Part shown: one piece after another, positions 26,071 to 32,000 of the stretch
Layout of the letters: each line of letters begins with the position of its first letter
How positions within the stretch are numbered: the stretch's first letter is position 1
NCBI RefSeq assembly: GCF_051251085.1
Contig: NZ_JBPCZH010000005.1
Span: 91,331-123,330 of the forward strand
Direction of reading: 5' to 3'
DNA from: Cernens ardua
Lineage (GTDB): Bacteria; Pseudomonadota; Gammaproteobacteria; Pseudomonadales; Halomonadaceae
DNA length: 32,000 nucleotides
The notes under the pieces: model-generated
Database searches by the model: none
What the model saw: only the letters and a program-made list of their open reading frames with translations
What the model was told of the DNA's origin: nothing
Program-made: the position numbers and the translations under genes

Positions 26071-26663
26071 GCATATACCCGTAACAGAGCCGCGGTAGCT
26101 TCTAACAGTTAGCTTCAAACAGTTGGCCCCAGGTAGTTGGTTTCTGACAGGCGGCACCCCTAGGGAGTGCTTTCAGGAGCTCACTGTTGGAAAGAGTTGC
26201 TGTAGTAACTATTGAAAAAAGGAGAAAGAGGGAAGGAGCTAGTGCTGCTTGTGGCACCCATCCGTATTTGAATGGTGCGTTATAGCAGATACATCTTTAC
26301 GTAACCTAAAGCGAAACTTGCTTCTTCGGCGTGTCAAATGACTATGGTCACTTTTTCTTTTCAGGCTTTTCATTTGGTAACACTTGCTTTGCGCCGTGCG
26401 CTTGCGGGAACGGTTCTTCATATAGAGAACAACATTTATCGCCCAATGGTAATTGGGGCTTTTCGATTACGTCGAACCTGTATACCGGGTCAGCTCGTCT
26501 ATCAATGATGATTGTCTTGTCGACGAATTTGTGCTGAATAAATTCTTTTTGAATATGGAATAAACGTTAAAAGAGATTGTATCTTGCGTTTCGTTTGTGT
26601 ATCTATATGATACTGAACACTGTTTTTTAAATTTGCATTTTCATTGATAATCGGGAGAAAGCC

Positions 26664-27275
26664 ATGGCACGACCGCGTCAGCGAGCACCTGAAGAGCTGC
26701 ATGCGCAGGTGATGGCGGCGTGTGATGAATGGTTGCAAACGCAACCTGTTCAAACACTTTCCCTGCGTTCGATTGCCCGCTCACTAGGGTGTGCTCCCAG
26801 TACATTGCTCAAGCTCTATGGCAGCTTCAATAATTTGCTACAGTTTGTGAATGTCGATACGCTCAAATTACTCAGTGAAGGTATTGAAAGCAGTACGGAC
26901 GCCAGCCCCGAAGAACGTATGGGGGTGTTGGCACATAGTTACTGGAATTTTGCCAAGCATCATCCTCATCGCTGGCAGTTGCTATTTGAATTTCCGTTGG
27001 CGCAGGAAGGGGAACTTGATCAACGTCAGAATTCAGCAATCGAGGCCCTGTTTATCCGGGTGGAAGCGACACTCAAGGAGCTTCGTCCCGAATTAAGCAG
27101 CCGTGATGCGAACCGTTTGGCACGTACCTTGTGGGGAAGTGTGCATGGTTTGGTTCAACTTGGCATGACTGAACGTCTGGGCGTTTTTGAAGGGCAGCCG
27201 GTCAAGGTGGAGGTCCTCCTTGATCAATTGATCGCCATGACGCTCGCGGCGCTCGGAAATCGCACGTTGATTTAA
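26664..27275 (+). CDS. TetR/AcrR-family transcriptional regulator
   Basis: 203-aa ORF with an N-terminal TetR-type helix-turn-helix (LSLRSIARSLGCAPSTLLKLYGS). A GGGAGA Shine-Dalgarno lies 5 nt upstream of the ATG. Confidence 0.85.
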   Translation: MARPRQRAPEELHAQVMAACDEWLQTQPVQTLSLRSIARSLGCAPSTLLKLYGSFNNLLQFVNVDTLKLLSEGIESSTDASPEERMGVLAHSYWNFAKHHPHRWQLLFEFPLAQEGELDQRQNSAIEALFIRVEATLKELRPELSSRDANRLARTLWGSVHGLVQLGMTERLGVFEGQPVKVEVLLDQLIAMTLAALGNRTLI

Positions 27276-29182
27276 TGAAGAAAAGGCCTTTTCCTGTACC
27301 TTCCTCTGAAGGCTTGATGCAATCACGCTTTTTTGCCCCTTTTTTCTGGGCTCAAGCGGCCAGTGCGTTCAACGACAATTTTTTCAAGCAAATTCTGCTG
27401 CTGTCGGTTACCTATGTGGCTGTTCCTGACAAGGGGTGGAATGCCGGATTTGTTAATAATCTGGCAGCAGCCCTCTTTATCCTACCCTTCTTGCTCTTCT
27501 CGGCGACCGGTGGGGTACTGGCTGACAGCATGGAGAAAACCCGTCTGATTCGCCTTCTAAAATGGGTAGAACTGGTTGCCATGTGCCTGGCCGCGGGAAT
27601 GCTTCTGATTCACGCTTATATCCCTCTATTGGCGCTGTTGTTGGTAGCGGGTATTCAGGCAGCCCTCTTTGGTCCCGTCAAATACGCCATACTCCCCCAG
27701 CATGTGCCGGGTGGATTGCTGGTGAGTGCCAATGCCTGGATCGAGATGGGGACATTCCTTGCCATCCTGTTGGGTACGCTCCTCGCTGGAGGGCTGTTTT
27801 CCTCATCAGAGGGGGCCTCCCTCCTTATGGGCGGAGGAATGATCGTTGTTTCCCTAATGGGACTTCTGGCGGCCTATCGCATTCCTGAAGCACCGCCAAT
27901 ACATTACAGCCCTTTAAAATGGCAACCTTTCAAGCAAAGTGTGGATGTCATGCGTTCGGTTTGGGAGCAGCCGCTCCTTTTTCGCGCAGTGCTGGGTATT
28001 AGTCTCTTTTGGTTATTGGGAACCAGCTATCTCACCCAGCTGCCTCTTTGGGCCGCAACAATTGCGCATGGTGACAGCGCGACAGTCAGCTTCATGCTGG
28101 CGGCATTCGCACTGGGTATCGGTGTTGGGGCACTTTGGTGCTCACGGCTTTCCGCAGGACGTACCGAGGTCGGGATTGTCCCCTTCGGTGCTTTGATTAT
28201 TGGTTTTGCCGGTTTTGATTTTGCGCATCATAACGCCTTCATTCATAACGATCATATTCGTGCCCTGAGTGAGTTATTGGGGCATTGGCGTATCTGGTGG
28301 TGCTTTATTGATTTAGCACTCGTGGGTGTGGGTGGGGGGCTCTATATCATTCCGCTCTATATGATCCTGCAAACGCGTAGTGCCTATTACGAACGTTCAC
28401 GCATTATTGCCGCCAATAACATCATGAATGCTCTCTTCATGATTTTGGCGACAGGCCTTGGTGTGTTGGTATTAAGCATTATGGGGGCCTCAATCAATGT
28501 CTTTTTTTCATTGATTGCGTTTATTGCGTGGGTAATATGTGCGGTTATTGTGGTCAATAATCCGCGTCCCGGTATCCGTATTTGCATGTTTATTGCGTTA
28601 AGGTGCTGCTATCGGTTGCGCCTTACCGGGCGGCAGAATATCCCGTCGGAAGGCGCTGCGCTTGTTGTATGCAACCACGTGAGCTATATGGACGCCCTTT
28701 TGCTGGGGGGGACCAGCCCGCGATTGCTGCGTTTCATGATGGATGCACCAGCCTATGAATCACCCTGGTTGAATTGGTTCTGCCGTTTGGCGGGGGCCAT
28801 TCCGGTAGACTTGTCAAAACGCAATCCCAAAGATGTGCGTCGAGCGCTCAATGAAGTCAGTGCAGCCCTGCGTAATGGTGACGTGGTGATGGTATTCCCT
28901 GAGGGAAGGTTAACGCGCGATGGCGAGGTGGGGGACTTCAGACGCGGGATTGAAAAGATGTTGGCTCAGGATCCGGTGCCCGTGATCCCGGCTGCCACCA
29001 GCGGGTTATGGGGATCATGGGGTTCTTACAAGGCCGGCAAACCTTTCATGCGCTGGCCAACACGCTTGAGGCGACGCGTACGCATCGGCTTTGGTGCTCC
29101 CATAGACCCGCGTACACTGGATCGGTTCGAGCTTAGGCGGCGTGTCATTGAGTTGAAAAAAGAGTTGGGCGGCGGCAAATAG
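27275..29182 (+). CDS. Fusion protein: MFS transporter (LplT-like lysophospholipid transporter) plus PlsC-type acyltransferase domain
   Basis: 635-aa ORF. The first ~430 aa carry about 12 hydrophobic helices in an MFS-like layout. The C-terminal ~200 aa carry the acyltransferase HX4D motif (CNHVSYMDA) and the FPEGR block (VFPEGRLTRDG). The ATG overlaps the TetR stop (TAATG). The alternative start ATG 27317 (MQSRFF...) is also possible. Confidence 0.85.
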   Translation: MKKRPFPVPSSEGLMQSRFFAPFFWAQAASAFNDNFFKQILLLSVTYVAVPDKGWNAGFVNNLAAALFILPFLLFSATGGVLADSMEKTRLIRLLKWVELVAMCLAAGMLLIHAYIPLLALLLVAGIQAALFGPVKYAILPQHVPGGLLVSANAWIEMGTFLAILLGTLLAGGLFSSSEGASLLMGGGMIVVSLMGLLAAYRIPEAPPIHYSPLKWQPFKQSVDVMRSVWEQPLLFRAVLGISLFWLLGTSYLTQLPLWAATIAHGDSATVSFMLAAFALGIGVGALWCSRLSAGRTEVGIVPFGALIIGFAGFDFAHHNAFIHNDHIRALSELLGHWRIWWCFIDLALVGVGGGLYIIPLYMILQTRSAYYERSRIIAANNIMNALFMILATGLGVLVLSIMGASINVFFSLIAFIAWVICAVIVVNNPRPGIRICMFIALRCCYRLRLTGRQNIPSEGAALVVCNHVSYMDALLLGGTSPRLLRFMMDAPAYESPWLNWFCRLAGAIPVDLSKRNPKDVRRALNEVSAALRNGDVVMVFPEGRLTRDGEVGDFRRGIEKMLAQDPVPVIPAATSGLWGSWGSYKAGKPFMRWPTRLRRRVRIGFGAPIDPRTLDRFELRRRVIELKKELGGGK

Positions 29183-29203
29183 CGGTTATAACTGTTTCAA
29201 AGC

Positions 29204-30517
29204 TTAATAGGGGAGCGAAACAACCACTTTCAAACCGCCCAACTCACTATCATCCAGCACTAGTTGCCCTTGATAATAGCTAATTACCTGTTCAACGATT
29301 CCCAGTCCCAAACCATGTCCAGCTACCCGCTCATCCAGCCGTGTTCCCCGATTCAGTACACCTTCACGCTGGGCCTGTGGAATACCCGGGCCATCATCTT
29401 CTACTTCAATCGTTAAGTGATCGCGATGATCACAAAGGCGGATCACCACACGGGAGTGCGCCCATTTTCCGGCATTGTCGATCAGGTTACCCAATACTTC
29501 CAGCATATCTTCATGTTCCCACGGGAGGGTAGATGGAATGTTGTTCAGGAAGTGATTGAAGGTGATATGCGGATAGAGTTCCTGCAGTGTTGTGAGCAGT
29601 TCGGGAAGTGCATCATCCGGTTTGAATTTCGTTTTTGAAGACGAGTCGCGTGTATCCAGCCGTGCGCGCTGTAGCTCACGTTCTACCAGTCGATGAATTT
29701 CATTTAACCGTTCACTCAATGTTGTCCGTATTTCAGGTAACGCATCCAATTCACGACGGGCAATGACGGCTTCCATCACCGCAATGGGCGTTTTCAGCGC
29801 ATGTCCCAGGTTACTAGTACCATCCCGTGACCGGTTCACCACATGTTCGATACGCTCAAGCTGGTGATTGAGCTCAGAGACAACCGGAGCGATCTCTTCT
29901 GGAACACGTGTCTCGATCTTCATCCGGCTTCCATCATTCAGCTGAGTAAGCTCCTGTCGAACACGCTGAAGAGGGCGTAGGCCGATACGAATGACTTGCT
30001 GTTGCACAAAGACCAACAGCAATGCCATGGCCCCTCCCAGTAGCCAAATTGACATGCGTAGCCAGTTTAGGCGCGCAGACACGGCGGTATAGTCGAGTGC
30101 AGTAGTCACATCAATTTGATGGCCATGGCGGGTAAACTTGCCCCGCCACACCAGCAGCTGCTGTTTTTCAGGCCCCGGGTGCAGTTTATGTGAAAGCCCA
30201 TAGCCCAGTATGGGAAGCCGTTGATCCCAAAGTGAACGAGAACGAATCTCTCGATGGCCATCTATTCGAATACAATAGTAATAGCCGGAATAGACTCGAT
30301 TGTAGGCATCCATGAAGGGAATGACGCCCGCATAATGATCCGATTGGGTGTCCAGCAATTCAGTCGTGACACCCACAGCGGCATCCTGCAGGCGTTCCCC
30401 CAGATAGCCGCGTATGGCATGGTCAAAGAGAAGAACGCTCCCATGCGCAAGCAAGAGCATGACCGCCAGCCCGGCGATCAGAAGCCCCAAACCGAGACGA
30501 CGTGTGAGTGAGATCAC
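29204..30517 (-). CDS. Two-component sensor histidine kinase
   Basis: 437-aa ORF with two hydrophobic segments flanking a ~130-aa periplasmic region. It has an H-box ([11 protein letters not shown]), an N-box ([10 protein letters not shown]) and G-boxes ([14 protein letters not shown]). The GTG start overlaps the response-regulator stop (GTGA). Confidence 0.85.
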   Translation of the reverse strand: MISLTRRLGLGLLIAGLAVMLLLAHGSVLLFDHAIRGYLGERLQDAAVGVTTELLDTQSDHYAGVIPFMDAYNRVYSGYYYCIRIDGHREIRSRSLWDQRLPILGYGLSHKLHPGPEKQQLLVWRGKFTRHGHQIDVTTALDYTAVSARLNWLRMSIWLLGGAMALLLVFVQQQVIRIGLRPLQRVRQELTQLNDGSRMKIETRVPEEIAPVVSELNHQLERIEHVVNRSRDGTSNLGHALKTPIAVMEAVIARRELDALPEIRTTLSERLNEIHRLVERELQRARLDTRDSSSKTKFKPDDALPELLTTLQELYPHITFNHFLNNIPSTLPWEHEDMLEVLGNLIDNAGKWAHSRVVIRLCDHRDHLTIEVEDDGPGIPQAQREGVLNRGTRLDERVAGHGLGLGIVEQVISYYQGQLVLDDSELGGLKVVVSLPY

Positions 30518-31200
30518 TCGGCGACGGGCTCGGTATTACCGCCGAAACGATATCCCTGGCCGCGCTGCGTGACGATAATGCTGCGCCCCAGCTTCTGGCG
30601 AAGGTGGTTGATATGCACTTCGACCACATTTGGATTTCGTTCGTGTTCGCTATCGTAGAGATGATCCAGCAGCCTGTCCTTGGGGATGACATGTTCCGGA
30701 TGTAGCATCATATAGCGCAAGATCGAGAATTCCGCGCGCGTCAGGCTTACAGGTTCCGGATGGGATATGGTCGATACGCACTGGCTGGCTTCATCCAGAA
30801 TGACACCCGATACCGACAGACGGGGAGTCGGATGTTGTCCATGACGGCGGCGCATAAGCCCTTGCAGACGGAGTAGAAGTTCATCCGGATGGAAGGGTTT
30901 CGGCACATAATCATCCGCGCCGGCACGCAGACCGGTAATGCGCTCGCTCCAACTCGAACGTGCCGTCAGAATCAGTACTGGGGTGTCCAGCCCCTTGGCT
31001 CGCCACTCTTCCAGTAGCTGCATACCCGGGCGACCGGGCAGCCCAAGGTCAAGGACGATAGCATCAAAGGAAATGTTGGTGGCCATAATGGCGGCATCGC
31101 GCCCATCAGTACACCAGTCGACTGCATATCCATGCTGGCTGAAGAGAGAATTCAACTCGTCAGCAAGAGGAACGTTATCTTCCACCAATAATAAACGCAT
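30514..31200 (-). CDS. OmpR/PhoB-family response regulator
   Basis: 228-aa ORF with a receiver domain (MRLLLVEDN...; [10 protein letters not shown]; PVLILTAR; [10 protein letters not shown]) and a winged-helix DNA-binding C-terminus ([12 protein letters not shown]...TQRGQGYRF). Confidence 0.9.
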   Translation of the reverse strand: MRLLLVEDNVPLADELNSLFSQHGYAVDWCTDGRDAAIMATNISFDAIVLDLGLPGRPGMQLLEEWRAKGLDTPVLILTARSSWSERITGLRAGADDYVPKPFHPDELLLRLQGLMRRRHGQHPTPRLSVSGVILDEASQCVSTISHPEPVSLTRAEFSILRYMMLHPEHVIPKDRLLDHLYDSEHERNPNVVEVHINHLRQKLGRSIIVTQRGQGYRFGGNTEPVAE

Positions 31201-31215
31201 CTCGTAACTTCCTGT

Positions 31216-31554
31216 TTATTGCCTGATCAACTCGCCTGTAGCTGCATCGATAAGCACATCATGGACCTGGTCTTTTGCATCCAGTATCTCTAAAAGGTAG
31301 ACATAACGTAGGTGGCAGCGTTTCAACGACGCCTCTAGCATTTTGTCGGATAATGCCATATGCGCTCTTTCGAGCACTTTCTCCAGTGGGAGAATATTTC
31401 CATTTTGCGTAAGCTGTAATGCCTCATTCTGATTCAGGAAAAGATAGTGCGCGTTGCTCTTTATGTCCTGGGCTCCCACCGTATACGAGGCAAGAAAAAA
31501 GCACAGCCCTGTAATGCACGGGATGGGTCGCCAGGGCAACATCGATAGCGGCAT
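31216..31554 (-). CDS. Small secreted PepSY-domain protein, first gene of the two-component operon
   Basis: 112-aa ORF with an N-terminal signal-like segment (ITGLCFFLASYTVGA). Its C-terminal PepSY-like pattern (YVYLLEILDAKDQVHDVLIDAATGELI) is typical of PepSY proteins. It ends 15 nt upstream of the regulator gene. Confidence 0.6.
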   Translation of the reverse strand: MPLSMLPWRPIPCITGLCFFLASYTVGAQDIKSNAHYLFLNQNEALQLTQNGNILPLEKVLERAHMALSDKMLEASLKRCHLRYVYLLEILDAKDQVHDVLIDAATGELIRQ

Positions 31555-31633
31555 ATGACACTCCTTCCATTGACAACAATTTTGGACATAAGTGTCCGAA
31601 GGAAAGAGGCCTTGTATGTGCTTCGACTATTAC

Positions 31634-32000
31634 CTAGAAAACGCGGCAATAGGCATGTGCGATCAGGTTTTCCTTCAATTCGGTTACCTCAATGCAATAG
31701 TCGCCCAAATGCAATGAGACAGGCCCCTGAGGAATGGTTTCCAGTGTTTCGGTAATCAATCCATTCAGGGTACGTGGCCCCTCTGTGGGTAAGTGCCAGC
31801 CCAGTAATCGATTGATTTCCTTGAGCGACATCCTGCCCTCAATGAGATACCCGGCTTTGTAAGGCTTCAGCTCACCGCTGGATGGTTGTGTCTGGGAGGT
31901 GAAATCGCCCACGATCTCTTCCAGAATATCCTCAAGCGTCGCCATGCCGACTACATCGCCGTACTCATCTACCACTATGGCCAGGCGTTTGTGCTGGGTC
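31634..32000 (-). CDS. CorC/HlyC-family (CBS-domain, transporter-associated) protein; C-terminal part only, 5' end beyond the window
   Basis: The frame stays open to nt 32000 (...TQHKRLAIVVDEYGDVVGMATLEDILEEIVGDF...). This is the hallmark CBS to CorC_HlyC junction of the family. The Met at 31975 in the track is really an internal GTG Val codon. Confidence 0.8.
   Translation of the reverse strand, partial: TQHKRLAIVVDEYGDVVGMATLEDILEEIVGDFTSQTQPSSGELKPYKAGYLIEGRMSLKEINRLLGWHLPTEGPRTLNGLITETLETIPQGPVSLHLGDYCIEVTELKENLIAHAYCRVF

Noticed and set aside
26239-26421. A 60-aa extremely basic minus-strand ORF (MKNRSRKRTAQSK...RRRSKFRFRLRK) upstream of the peptidase gene.
   Set aside because: It has no Shine-Dalgarno and no recognisable family, and it is overlapped by an equally long plus-strand ORF. 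Basic composition is easily produced by chance in A/G-rich sequence. A conservation test (tblastn in relatives) would be needed before calling it.

Overview
This is a 32-kb chromosomal segment of a gammaproteobacterium, judged from protein similarity to Pseudomonas and enterobacterial orthologues, with roughly 50% GC by eye. The centre (8.5-18.75 kb) is a complete, apparently intact type I-F1 CRISPR-Cas locus. It comprises cas1, a cas2/3 fusion, csy1/cas8f, csy2/cas5f, csy3/cas7f, csy4/cas6f, a 129-bp AT-rich leader and a 29-repeat/28-spacer array. The repeat is the 28-nt GTGAGCTGCCGCACAGGCAGCTTAGAAA and spacers are 32 nt. The array ends 71 bp from the 3' end of a convergent initiator-type tRNA-Met(CAT). 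The left flank holds a LacI-family regulator, membrane PQQ glucose dehydrogenase (gcd), an M20 carbamoylase/allantoate-type amidase, a glycogenin-like GT8 glycosyltransferase and a divergent GPH-family glycoside symporter. The right flank holds minCDE (with an atypical 330-bp minC-minD gap), sbcB, a pitrilysin-like M16 peptidase and a TetR regulator translationally coupled to an MFS-acyltransferase fusion. It ends with a PepSY/response-regulator/histidine-kinase operon and a 5'-truncated CorC/HlyC-family gene at the window edge. I found no convincing evidence for a new multi-gene system. The only clear accessory module is the canonical I-F system, and the findings are local oddities such as a variant repeat/handle, structured intergenic regions, the array-tRNA junction, the min operon gap and domain insertions or fusions. 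All homology statements rest on my recollection of family motifs and reference sequences, and no database search was run.
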